A stretch of 64,000 nt of DNA from an uncultured Nitrospiraceae bacterium (GTDB taxonomy: Bacteria; Nitrospirota; Thermodesulfovibrionia; Thermodesulfovibrionales; Dissulfurispiraceae). The notes under the pieces were generated by a model, which was given only the letters and a program-made list of their open reading frames with translations, was not told where the DNA came from and did no database searches. The DNA lies in NCBI GenBank assembly GCA_963727805.1, contig CAVSHF010000003.1:1120001-1184000 (forward strand). Reading direction: 5' to 3'. Positions 30,377 through 40,831 of the stretch are shown here, piece by piece (positions within the stretch are counted from its first letter, which is position 1; each line of letters begins with the position of its first letter). The position numbers and the translations under genes were made by a program.

Positions 30377-31561
30377 ATGCAGGCAAAAAAGCCGCTCAAG
30401 AAAGATGTCGTCATCATAGGCGCAGGCGCTGCCGGACTCATATGCGCGATTGAGACCGGAAAGAGGCACCGCTCGGTGCTCGTCCTCGATCATATGGAAA
30501 AGATTGGGAAAAAAATCCGGGTATCAGGGGGGGGGCGCTGCAATTTTACAAACTTGAACCTGCAGCCAGAAAATTATTATTCCGCAAATCCCCATTTCTG
30601 CAAATCGGCCCTTGCCCGCTTTACTCCGCACGATTTCATCCGCATGGTAGACAGGCACGGGATCGAATATGTTGAAAAGGAAAAAGGACAAATATTCTGC
30701 AAAAAAACCTCCGGGGAGATCGTCAGGATGCTCGATAAGGAGTGCGCCAACGCCGGTGTTGAAATACGAATGAATTGCAGGGCCAGCATCATTTCAAAGA
30801 ATGAGAACTTTTCTATTACAACAAACCGTGGCACGGTCGAGGCCGCGTCCCTCGTGATCGCAACCGGTGGGCTCTCATATCCCGAACTCGGTGCCACGGA
30901 CATCGGATACCGCACTGCCGGGAAGTTCGGCTTGAAAGTCACTGAATTGAAACCCGCTCTCGTCCCTCTCATCTTTCGTCATCGCGACCGGGAAATCTTT
31001 AAAGAATTGAGCGGTGTTTCATTTGACGTTTTAATCGGCTGCAAAGGAGCGCACTTCCGAGGTGAAGTCCTCTTTACCCATCGAGGTCTTAGCGGGCCTG
31101 CGATTCTTCAGATCTCATTATATTGGGAGCAAGGCGACAAGATTACCCTCAATCTCTTGCCCGATATTGATGCTTATGAACTCTTTATTTCGAAACGCAG
31201 GAGCAGAATCGAGCTGAGTAATCTTCTCTCCGAACATCTTCCCCGAAGATTTAGTCACAAGTGGTGTGCGTTAAATGCCTTGTCGAGGCCCTTGTGCGCA
31301 TATACGGAAAAGGAGATTAAGGACATTGCCGCTCAGCTCCACAACTGGACAATAATCCCTGAAGGCACTGAAGGCTATAGAAAGGCAGAGATCACCCTCG
31401 GCGGAGTTGACACCGATGAATTATCATCCAAGACTATGGAGGCAAAGAAAGTACCGGGCCTCTATTTCGTAGGCGAGGTAATTGATGTCTCCGGGCAGCT
31501 CGGCGGCTATAATCTTCAATGGGCCTGGTCATCAGGGTTTGCAGCGGGGCAATATGCGTAA
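30377..31561 (+). CDS. HI0933-family NAD(P)/FAD-dependent oxidoreductase
   Basis: IIGAGAAG, GKKIRVSGGGRCNFTN, ATGGLSYP, LFTHRGLSGP, GGYNLQWA. Confidence 0.92.
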   Translation: MQAKKPLKKDVVIIGAGAAGLICAIETGKRHRSVLVLDHMEKIGKKIRVSGGGRCNFTNLNLQPENYYSANPHFCKSALARFTPHDFIRMVDRHGIEYVEKEKGQIFCKKTSGEIVRMLDKECANAGVEIRMNCRASIISKNENFSITTNRGTVEAASLVIATGGLSYPELGATDIGYRTAGKFGLKVTELKPALVPLIFRHRDREIFKELSGVSFDVLIGCKGAHFRGEVLFTHRGLSGPAILQISLYWEQGDKITLNLLPDIDAYELFISKRRSRIELSNLLSEHLPRRFSHKWCALNALSRPLCAYTEKEIKDIAAQLHNWTIIPEGTEGYRKAEITLGGVDTDELSSKTMEAKKVPGLYFVGEVIDVSGQLGGYNLQWAWSSGFAAGQYA

Positions 31562-32138
31562 AATGAAAACAATCATACTTGCATCGGCATCACCAAGAAG
31601 GAAAGAGATACTCGATATAACAGGCCTAAAGTTCAAAGTCGATGAGAGCGACTACGAGGAAAATTTGGACATTAGCCTTCAACCCTGTGAACTCGCAATG
31701 CGTCATTCGATCGGGAAAGCGAAGGCGGTCGCAGCTAGATACAGGAATGCTCTTATAATATCAGCGGACACGATCGTGGTATTGAAGAACAGGGTTTTCG
31801 GCAAGCCCTGCAACAGGAAAGAGGCGAAGGGGATGCTGAAAGCCTTGAGCGGAAAGACACATACTGTAATCACCGGATATACAATACTAGACACCAACAG
31901 CGGAAAAGAAACGACCAAATCGATTGAATCAAAGGTCTTCTTTAAACGGCTGACTGATGATGAGATAAACACATACATTAAATCAGGTGAGCCTTTGGAC
32001 AAGGCAGGCGCTTATGGAGTCCAGGGACTAGGGGCTTTGATCGTTAAAAAGATAGAAGGGGATTTTTTTAATGTGATGGGTCTGCCATTAAGTGCACTTG
32101 CAGAGAGCCTGAAAAAGTTCGGGATTAGAGTATTGTGA
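31554..32138 (+). CDS. maf: Maf-family nucleoside triphosphate pyrophosphatase
   Basis: IILASASPRR, ADTIV, GKP, DKAGAYGVQG, NVMGLP. Confidence 0.92.
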   Translation: MRKMKTIILASASPRRKEILDITGLKFKVDESDYEENLDISLQPCELAMRHSIGKAKAVAARYRNALIISADTIVVLKNRVFGKPCNRKEAKGMLKALSGKTHTVITGYTILDTNSGKETTKSIESKVFFKRLTDDEINTYIKSGEPLDKAGAYGVQGLGALIVKKIEGDFFNVMGLPLSALAESLKKFGIRVL

Positions 32139-32160
32139 TGACAAATTATCGCCTTCAACC

Positions 32161-32215
32161 GATTCACAATCTTTCATAATCTCTTCGCAGCCTGTTCACA
32201 ATTATTTGGTACTCT
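32161..32215 (+). promoter_or_regulatory. Direct-repeat regulator box (TTCAYAAT x3-4) with -10-like hexamer, copy 1
   Basis: GATTCACAATCTTTCATAATCTCTTCGCAGCCTGTTCACAATTATTTGGTACTCT; 45/51 identical to the reverse complement of 51074-51124. Confidence 0.7.
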
Positions 32216-32389
32216 ATAGCTAAGAACAAAAGATATTTTAGGAAAAAACACCATGAGGGTGAGTCTAAAAAAAAGGGAGGAGATGAAGATTATGTAACGT
32301 CGTCATATCTCACAGGAAATTTGGTATGCCATCTGCTATGATGCAACGATAGCGATATATTGCAGCTTACTTTTTGCGAGGAGGTTTAT

Positions 32390-32896
32390 ATGAAAATCAG
32401 AAAAATGGGATTAGGGATCATTGGGGCTTCGCTGTTGGTCTTAACAGGATTTGTGAGCCCCAGTGCTGCTGGCGTCAATGTAAATGTAGGAGTATTCGCT
32501 CCGCTTCCCCCATTAGTTTTCCCCGCTCCGCCTCCTGTAGTCGTGATCCCGGGGACATATGTTTATGGTGTTCCCGATGCCCAAGTAGATATTCTCTTTT
32601 ATCACGGCTACTGGTGGCGTCCTTACGAAGGGCGTTGGTACCGATCACCCCGCTATGACGGATCCTGGAGATATTTTCCTTCTGAAAGGGTTCCTCGTGT
32701 CGTAAGGGAACTGCCGCCGGAATATCGTCACTATAGGCCAGCCAATGGACGGATCTCCCACGAAGAGTTTAGAAGAAACTGGAAGGGCTGGGAGAGGGAC
32801 AGGCACTGGGACAAGCACGAAGATCGGAGGGACCGTGGAGATCGTGGTGACCGCGAAGACCGTGGTGACCGCGGAGAAGGACATAGAGGCAGATAA
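32390..32896 (+). CDS. Secreted Pro-rich / W-Y-rich hypothetical protein with C-terminal DRG repeats
   Basis: Signal peptide, GVNVNVG..PPP, FYHGYWW, (DRG)n tail; RBS GAGGAGG. Confidence 0.75.
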   Translation: MKIRKMGLGIIGASLLVLTGFVSPSAAGVNVNVGVFAPLPPLVFPAPPPVVVIPGTYVYGVPDAQVDILFYHGYWWRPYEGRWYRSPRYDGSWRYFPSERVPRVVRELPPEYRHYRPANGRISHEEFRRNWKGWERDRHWDKHEDRRDRGDRGDREDRGDRGEGHRGR

Positions 32897-32943
32897 GCAC
32901 TTAGAGGATAGCTGAAGTTTGGCAAAATAGCGGGACCGAAAAG

Positions 32944-32989
32944 GGGACGGTTTGATTATTTACGACAAGTGAAATATTCGAACCGTCCC
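32944..32989. repeat. REP-like inverted repeat / bidirectional terminator
   Basis: GGGACGGTTTGA...TCGAACCGTCCC between convergent genes. Confidence 0.5.
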
Positions 32990-33042
32990 ATTCTCTTTCG
33001 CTCACTTAAGAGCTCAGGAAAATAGACGGACACATCCGATAT

Positions 33043-34035
33043 TTAGGAAAATCTGCCAGCTAGTGATCTATAGCTGGTATTCCGCAGTTTGTTTATAAGG
33101 GCTAACATCTCCCGCCTTGTCTCTGCCCGGAACGCCTCGGTCCTGATGTTTCGTGTATCTCGCAGTCCTTTTACGTACCAGGCAAATAACTTGCGAAATT
33201 TGGTCGTACCGGCAATATCTCCATCAGCCTCGACGGTTAAATCCAGATGACTTATCATGATGTCGACAAGTTCCTCAATACTGGGGCGAGCACGCACAGT
33301 ACCATTTTTCAGATATTGGACCGTCTCATCGAAAATCCATGGATTGCCAAGAGCACCTCTTGCAACCGCGACACCGTCACAGCCGGTCACATCAAAAATA
33401 TTTCTTATCAGTTCTGCTGAAAAGGCGTCTCCGCTAGCAATGACCGGTATGGTGAGTGCTTCTTTCACTTTTCTGATTTCATCATAGTCAACTCTGCCGC
33501 TGTATCCCTGTGACTGAGTCCTGCCATGAATAAAAACAGCACTGACTCCCGCTTCTTGTGCATACAGGGCCACGTCCCTGGCGTTGACCGATGATTTGTC
33601 CCATCCCGCACGGATCTTGACTGTGACTGGCAGGTGTGAATGGTCGACAACTGCTTTGAGGACTTCGAAAAGCGTTCGAGGCTCTCTAAGCATAGCTGAG
33701 CCTTCGCCTCTTTTGGTCACCTTGCTTACCGGACAGGCGGCATTGATATCAAGGACATCGAACTCGTAATCTCGGAGAATATCTAGGGCTTTCAGCATGA
33801 TCTTCGAGTCGTTACCCAATAACTGTAACCCCAAAGGCCTATCAGCGGGGTTTGTCGAGAGCATCTTAAGAGTATTGCTATTGCGATATGTCAGAGCACG
33901 AGCGCTGATCATCTCCGCAAATGCCAGCCCGCAACCGAAGCGCCTATTCATCATGCGGAAAGGAAGATCGCTAACACCCGCCATCGGGGAAAGCATAACG
34001 GGGGAAATCAGTGTCAAATTACCTATTTTAAGCAT
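33043..34035 (-). CDS. dusB: tRNA-dihydrouridine synthase B
   Basis: LSPMAGVSD.PFR, DINAACP, VTVKIRAGW, IHGRT, ARGALGNPW. Confidence 0.9.
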   Translation of the reverse strand: MLKIGNLTLISPVMLSPMAGVSDLPFRMMNRRFGCGLAFAEMISARALTYRNSNTLKMLSTNPADRPLGLQLLGNDSKIMLKALDILRDYEFDVLDINAACPVSKVTKRGEGSAMLREPRTLFEVLKAVVDHSHLPVTVKIRAGWDKSSVNARDVALYAQEAGVSAVFIHGRTQSQGYSGRVDYDEIRKVKEALTIPVIASGDAFSAELIRNIFDVTGCDGVAVARGALGNPWIFDETVQYLKNGTVRARPSIEELVDIMISHLDLTVEADGDIAGTTKFRKLFAWYVKGLRDTRNIRTEAFRAETRREMLALINKLRNTSYRSLAGRFS

Positions 34036-34048
34036 TATACCGGAACCA

Positions 34049-34945
34049 TTATCTACCGCTCGATGCCGCATACACCTTCTGAAGCTCTTCTATTGCATCC
34101 TTCCATGGACTTAGCAGTTCCCCCCCATTATCGGTCTCATATCTTACAAACGGTCTTTTAAACATCACATTATCAAAGAAACAATATTTGCCTTTCCGGT
34201 CTTCTTTTGAGGCTCCTGACAATGTCATGATTTCGGTGCTAAAGATGGGGCCTTTTGTATCCAGATCGAGAAGTATCAGATTCCTGGCGTCGATACGCAT
34301 GTCCAGACTTCCGGTCTTCATATTGATCTCGCCGTCCACCTTGACCCCTCCCGATACAATTTTACCTTCAGAGACGACTGAGAGTTTAACTCCTGAGATT
34401 GAGTTTTCAAAAGGATAGACAAGCCCGCTGAAACTGAGGTGCAATTCTTTCAGCGTCATAGTATTTTGCGTTGCTGGGAGTCGTTCGTCTTGCAGTAAAA
34501 CCTGCCCGTTATTGATAAGAAGCCTGCCGATCGAGAAGGCAGTATCGCTGTTGCTTCCTTCTACCTCTCCTTTCCTGCAGATGCCATTCACAAATGGGAC
34601 CATCAGGGTCCCATGCTTATCGATCACGAACTTGAGATAGGGCTTTTCGATGCTGAGGCTCGACACGGAATAATGCCTCTTGAGAAAACCCAGCAAGTCA
34701 GCCCTAATGGTCATGCTCTCTGCCCTCGCAATTTCCCCGTTATCCTTCAACAGCCTTATTCCATAAGCATCGACTCTTCCCCACTTGAGCTCGATCCGCT
34801 CGACATGGAAGTCTTTGCCCAATAATTTTTCGAGCTCTGTCTTGAGGAGTTCGTTGGCGTTCTTTATGAGAAAAAAAAGGACGATGCAGATAATACCGAT
34901 GAGAATCGAAACGATAGCAACTATGCGTCTGCGGAGCTTAGTCAT
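34049..34945 (-). CDS. AsmA-like / DUF748-like membrane-anchored beta-rich protein
   Basis: N-terminal TM followed by beta-strand-rich AsmA-type pattern (LEKLLGKDFHVERIEL...LSIEKPYL...D). Confidence 0.6.
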   Translation of the reverse strand: MTKLRRRIVAIVSILIGIICIVLFFLIKNANELLKTELEKLLGKDFHVERIELKWGRVDAYGIRLLKDNGEIARAESMTIRADLLGFLKRHYSVSSLSIEKPYLKFVIDKHGTLMVPFVNGICRKGEVEGSNSDTAFSIGRLLINNGQVLLQDERLPATQNTMTLKELHLSFSGLVYPFENSISGVKLSVVSEGKIVSGGVKVDGEINMKTGSLDMRIDARNLILLDLDTKGPIFSTEIMTLSGASKEDRKGKYCFFDNVMFKRPFVRYETDNGGELLSPWKDAIEELQKVYAASSGR

Positions 34946-34989
34946 ATGTTAACTATACAGTCTTCCGGCATATTCGGCCGGACTATGCC

Positions 34990-36120
34990 TCAGCCTTTAA
35001 TTTCCTTTTCATAAATCCGGTACCGCTTATACAGCTTTCCTCCGATCATCTCTACAAGCCTGATGATGGGAATGTTGTCTTCGAGTATCCAGGAAAATTC
35101 GACGCGCTGATATTTCCCCCTCCTAACGCCCTTGAACGCTTCCCTGAAGAGAATGCCATCAACACCCCTGTTGCGATATTCAGCCTTAATGCCCAGGAGC
35201 AAGAGCCGCAGATCGGGTATTTTCCTCGAATAATAGAGCGCCTTTGCAATCGTCATCGGGTTCAGATTGCCGTGCATCCTCCTGAGGACAAAATTGAAAT
35301 CGGGGAGCATCCCGAGAAACCCGACCGGCTGGCCGTCCTTCTCAGCGATAATGGTCATGTCAGGGACAACCAGCGGCTTGAGCCTTTTTGAGCTGTAATC
35401 GAGTTCATCCTCAGTCATCGGGATAAAGCCCCAATTATTTCCCCACGCAGAATTATAGACTTCCCTGAATCCCCGCATAGCCTCCATGAAATGATTCTTT
35501 GTGACCTGCTTCGTCGTTATACCCCTTTTTTCAGCGATGGCGGCTACCCTCATTATCTTTTCGGGCAGCTCTTCTTCGACCTGATAAATGTAGGCATGCA
35601 AATCCTTGGCCTTCACAAGACCATAGCCTGTCATCAGCTCGTTGTAATAAGGCGGATTGTACGATGTCATTAGCATCGGCGCCTCGTCGAAACCATCGAT
35701 CAGAAAGCCGCACTCCTCATTAGTTGAGAAATTCATAGGACCGCGCATAATCGTGAGTTCCTTCTCCCTTAACTTCTGAGAAACCGTGTCGAGAAGGGCC
35801 TTCGCAACATCGCTATCGTTCGAGCTCTCGAAAAAGCCGAAGAAGCCGGCTTTTTCTTTCCAGGCCCTGATATGGAGATGATTGACAATGGATACTATAC
35901 GGCCAACGACCTTGCCATTCTTCCGGGCAAGAAAGAAGTCGACGTCCGCGTCATCGAAAAAAGGATTCTTCGGGGAGAAATGGACCTTTAAATCATGAGT
36001 TAATTGCGGGGAATATAAAGGGTCTTCCCCGTAAATCGAAAACGGAAGCTTGATGAAATCAAGAAGGTCCCGCTTGCTCTTTACTTCAACAATTTCGATA
36101 CAGCCCTCCGAAAGACGCAT
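34990..36120 (-). CDS. GNAT-family N-acyltransferase, putative bacterial ceramide synthase
   Basis: FIKLPFSIY, GRI, GFFGFFE, RGPMNFSTNEECGFL, YNPPYY, WGFIP, SWILEDN; directly downstream of spt. Confidence 0.75.
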   Translation of the reverse strand: MRLSEGCIEIVEVKSKRDLLDFIKLPFSIYGEDPLYSPQLTHDLKVHFSPKNPFFDDADVDFFLARKNGKVVGRIVSIVNHLHIRAWKEKAGFFGFFESSNDSDVAKALLDTVSQKLREKELTIMRGPMNFSTNEECGFLIDGFDEAPMLMTSYNPPYYNELMTGYGLVKAKDLHAYIYQVEEELPEKIMRVAAIAEKRGITTKQVTKNHFMEAMRGFREVYNSAWGNNWGFIPMTEDELDYSSKRLKPLVVPDMTIIAEKDGQPVGFLGMLPDFNFVLRRMHGNLNPMTIAKALYYSRKIPDLRLLLLGIKAEYRNRGVDGILFREAFKGVRRGKYQRVEFSWILEDNIPIIRLVEMIGGKLYKRYRIYEKEIKG

Positions 36121-36130
36121 ACTGAGTTAC

Positions 36131-37321
36131 TTATATTAGGCCGAGAGCCTTCCCAACCTTCTTGAAAACGTCGAGCACCTTGTCGAGATGTTCATCGGTA
36201 TGGGTAGCCATATAACTCGTCCTGATGAGGGCTTTACCAGGAGGGACCGCGGGAGACGCAGCAACATTGGCGAATACTCCCTCTTCCTGAAGGGCCATCG
36301 CCATCTTGAAGGCCATCTCATCGGCACCTACGATAACCGGGATAATAGGGGTTTCGCTCGGCCCGACCTGGAAGCCGAGGTCCTTGAAACCTTTGAGCAT
36401 CTTATAGGTGTTGTACCACAGCCTTTTTATCCGTTCTGGTTCATCATCGATAATATCCAGTGCAGCGCTCACCGCTGCAACCGATGCTGGCGGCGGACTC
36501 GCGCTGAACATAAAGGCCCTCGCCATATGCTTAATGAAATGGATAGCATCACCATTGCCGGCTATAAATCCGCCAATCGACGCAAGAGATTTGCTGTAAG
36601 TACCCATAATGAGGTCGATCTCGTTTTCGAGCCCAAAATGTTCGGTGGTTCCTCTTCCCGTCTTCCCGAGGACGCCGATGCCATGGGCGTCGTCAACCAT
36701 CACCCTGGCTCCGAACTGCTTCGCTATCTTGACCACTGAAGGCAGATCGACAATGTCGCCCTCCATGCTGAACACGCCGTCAACGACGATGAGCTTGCCC
36801 CTGCCATTATTATCATTCAGGACCCTTTCGAGATCCGTCATATCGTTATGCCGGAATCTCCTCACCTCGCCATAGGAGAGCTTGCAGCCGTCAACAATGC
36901 TCGCATGGTCCATCTTGTCGATGATGACAACATCATCCTTGCCGACAATCGCTGAAATGACGCCAAGATTGACCTGAAATCCGGTTGAAAAAATAAGAGC
37001 CGCCTCTCGTTTCATAAACTTCGCGAGTTTCTTTTCAAGCTTAACGTGGATATCGAGCGTACCATTCAGAAAACGCGAGCCTGCACAACCCGTACCATAC
37101 TTCTTGATGGCTTCTATAGCCGCTTCTTTAACCCTCGGATGGTTGGTGAGACCAAGGTAATTGTTCGAACCCACCATAATCATCTTCTTTCCATTCATGA
37201 TAACTTCGGGGTCCTGAGCGCTCTCAATAACCCTGAAGAACGGATAAATCCCCGCTAGCTGCAGGTCCTTAGCAATCGTAAATTTAGAAAACTTTTCAAA
37301 TATATCAGTCTTTTCGATCAT
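36131..37321 (-). CDS. spt: Serine palmitoyltransferase (PLP-dependent alpha-oxoamine synthase)
   Basis: [44 protein letters not shown]; operon context. Confidence 0.8.
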   Translation of the reverse strand: MIEKTDIFEKFSKFTIAKDLQLAGIYPFFRVIESAQDPEVIMNGKKMIMVGSNNYLGLTNHPRVKEAAIEAIKKYGTGCAGSRFLNGTLDIHVKLEKKLAKFMKREAALIFSTGFQVNLGVISAIVGKDDVVIIDKMDHASIVDGCKLSYGEVRRFRHNDMTDLERVLNDNNGRGKLIVVDGVFSMEGDIVDLPSVVKIAKQFGARVMVDDAHGIGVLGKTGRGTTEHFGLENEIDLIMGTYSKSLASIGGFIAGNGDAIHFIKHMARAFMFSASPPPASVAAVSAALDIIDDEPERIKRLWYNTYKMLKGFKDLGFQVGPSETPIIPVIVGADEMAFKMAMALQEEGVFANVAASPAVPPGKALIRTSYMATHTDEHLDKVLDVFKKVGKALGLI

Positions 37322-38274
37322 AGCCAGTTATGGATCCTGTACCAATCGGCAGTCCACTTAGCTCCTTCCTTTATTTTCACTTTCGGAGAAAAACCAAGTT
37401 TCTCCATGGCCTTTGTCGTATGACACGTCCAGTGGGTATGCTTAATCTCTCGTATCTTGTCCGGGTTGATAATGCTCCCCCCCTGCATCTTTTCGGCGAT
37501 AGCGCCCAAAAAAGGCAGGACACATTTTGGAATCCCCACCTTTATCGGCCTACACTGAAGGGCACCGGAGATGGCGTCTATGATATCATCCGATGAATAG
37601 ATATTCCCATCTGACATGAAAAATATTTCTCCCTCGCCTTCCTCTTTCAGCGCAGAGAGTATTATACCATTTATGAGGTCATCGACGTATAAGAATGAAT
37701 AGTAAGATTTGCCCCAATAGGGTATTAAGCCCGATCTTACCATCTTAAAAAATACCAGTAAATCCTTGTCCCTAGGACCATAAACCGCAGGCGGTCTGAT
37801 GATAGTGAAAGGCATCTTTCCCTTTTGCGCAATAACATATTTTTCACCACCGAGTTTGGTCTTCCCATAAACAGAGACCGGCTTTGCCTCGCACTCCTCG
37901 CTGAGCGGCTTGCCGTCGCAGCTTGGACCGGCTGCCGCGAGGGAACTGAGATAGACAAATCGCTTCGGGGGAGCATGACGCACAACGGCATTAACAATAT
38001 TTTCGGTGCCTTTTTCGTTCGTACGGTATGACTCTTCCTCAGTATGTGCCTTGGTAAGTCCTGCAAGATGAAAAACGTAATCAAAACCCTTGATCCCTGA
38101 AAGCGAATCTGCATCGGTACAGTCTCCTTTGAGGAAGGAGACATTAAGGCCTTCGAGATATCTGAGGCTCAATGTGCTCCTCGTCAGGCAAGTGACATCA
38201 AAGCCTTCCCTGACAAGTGTCTCCACGAGATGGCTTCCGATGAATCCTGTTGCACCTGTGACAAAGGCTTTCAT
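37318..38274 (-). CDS. NAD-dependent epimerase/dehydratase, putative ceramide (3-oxo) reductase
   Basis: [38 protein letters not shown]; overlaps spt by 4 nt. Confidence 0.75.
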   Translation of the reverse strand: MKAFVTGATGFIGSHLVETLVREGFDVTCLTRSTLSLRYLEGLNVSFLKGDCTDADSLSGIKGFDYVFHLAGLTKAHTEEESYRTNEKGTENIVNAVVRHAPPKRFVYLSSLAAAGPSCDGKPLSEECEAKPVSVYGKTKLGGEKYVIAQKGKMPFTIIRPPAVYGPRDKDLLVFFKMVRSGLIPYWGKSYYSFLYVDDLINGIILSALKEEGEGEIFFMSDGNIYSSDDIIDAISGALQCRPIKVGIPKCVLPFLGAIAEKMQGGSIINPDKIREIKHTHWTCHTTKAMEKLGFSPKVKIKEGAKWTADWYRIHNWL

Positions 38275-38345
38275 AGATTGTTTAATTCTAAGGAAAGGAT
38301 AGTCTTTTTTTCAAGGAAGGAAATCACCACAAGATTATCCCGTTA

Positions 38346-39659
38346 TTACTTGCTCCGTACCTTGAGCTTAAGACCACTTACCATTTCCACAATTACCTGT
38401 TCGTCCTTTCCGATAAGTTTATCGGAAGTTGCGGACCAGATTTCGCCGTGGACACGGACCATACCCCCCTGTGGTCCCACTTCGGTTTTTGTGATACCTT
38501 CAAGCCCCACAAGTCCCTCACTCCCGGTAACAGGTCTTGTCTTATGGGCCTTGTAGGCGAGGCGAAAAGTGACAATAAAAAAAATGGCTGTGACAAAGGT
38601 CGCGGGGATTATGATCGACAGCGAAATGCGTAAAAAAGGCAGTGGCGAATCGAAAAGCATGAGGGAGCCGAGAGTGATGGAAAGGGCCCCGCTGGCAGTT
38701 AGCAATCCGTATGACGTGACTTTCACCTCAAGGATAAAGAGGACAATGCCGATGATAATCAGCAAAAGCCCTGCATAGTTCACTGGGAGTGTTTGAAAAG
38801 CATAAAAGGCGACAACCAAAGAGATGGAGCCGATTATCCCCGGCAAAAGCGCGCCCGGATTCGTGAGTTCGAAAAAGAGCCCATAAAAGCCTAGCAGCAT
38901 AAGAATATAAGCGACGCTCGGATCACTGATAATAGTGAGTATCTTGAGCCGGAGACCCATCTTCTCTGTCACGACTATCGCATTGGCAGTGCTGAGCGTT
39001 TTGTCCGTGTTTAGGACCTTCACCTTTTTGCCGTCGATAGATTTCAGGAGTGAAGTCACATCTTTTGCAACAAGGTCGATAATTCCATTTGTCAACGCTT
39101 CAGTTTCGGTTGCCGAAATGCTCTTTCTAACCGCATCTTGCGCCCATATGGAGTTTCTACCACGTTGCTCGGCTATGGACTTGATATAGGCTGCCGCGTC
39201 GTTCTCGGCCTTTTCAGCCATCACCTTGTCCATCTTCCCCCCCATTGACACAGGATGAGCAGCTCCAATATTGGAACCCGGGGCCATCGCGGCGACATGT
39301 GCCGCAAGCATAATGAATACGCCAGCAGAAGCAGCACGGGCTCCGGCAGGCGCAACATAGACCACTATGGGGATGTTGCTCCCCATGATGTCTTTGATGA
39401 TGCTCCGCATAGAGGTATCCAGCCCCCCAGGGGTATCAAGCTCAATGACTAACGCTGCGGCCTTCAACCCAGAAGCCTTTTCGAGCGCTTTATGAATGAA
39501 CTCCGCTGAAACGGGATTGATGATACCGTTTACGGAAATAACAAGCACCTCGCCTTCTTTTACTTCGACCTTGGCAGAAGTATCGCCCGCCGAAATATCA
39601 GTTAAGCCGAATAGACATGCGAAGAGGAGCAAGAAAAGAATTGAGTATCGTTTATTCAT
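38346..39659 (-). CDS. nfeD: NfeD-family membrane-bound ClpP-class serine protease
   Basis: LDTPGG, ARAASAG, IGAAHPV, multi-TM core, C-terminal OB fold (VRVHGEIWSA). Confidence 0.9.
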   Translation of the reverse strand: MNKRYSILFLLLFACLFGLTDISAGDTSAKVEVKEGEVLVISVNGIINPVSAEFIHKALEKASGLKAAALVIELDTPGGLDTSMRSIIKDIMGSNIPIVVYVAPAGARAASAGVFIMLAAHVAAMAPGSNIGAAHPVSMGGKMDKVMAEKAENDAAAYIKSIAEQRGRNSIWAQDAVRKSISATETEALTNGIIDLVAKDVTSLLKSIDGKKVKVLNTDKTLSTANAIVVTEKMGLRLKILTIISDPSVAYILMLLGFYGLFFELTNPGALLPGIIGSISLVVAFYAFQTLPVNYAGLLLIIIGIVLFILEVKVTSYGLLTASGALSITLGSLMLFDSPLPFLRISLSIIIPATFVTAIFFIVTFRLAYKAHKTRPVTGSEGLVGLEGITKTEVGPQGGMVRVHGEIWSATSDKLIGKDEQVIVEMVSGLKLKVRSK

Positions 39660-39794
39660 GTACCTATGAAATTATACCATTAAAGTCCCCTTTGCCCGCT
39701 CGTGGCGACGTCCGTTTCAGACAAATAATAATCGAATGTATAGTATAATAATAGACATTTGTCCTTTGGACGACTGCAAAGAATTGGGAGGTAA

Positions 39795-40814
<1,020 letters not shown>

Positions 40815-40831
40815 CTCTCAGTTAAGCGCTG

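Noticed and set aside
36131..37321. Annotation as bioF or kbl
   Set aside because: No bio or tdh genes nearby; motifs and GNAT/reductase neighbours favour Spt, though not proven
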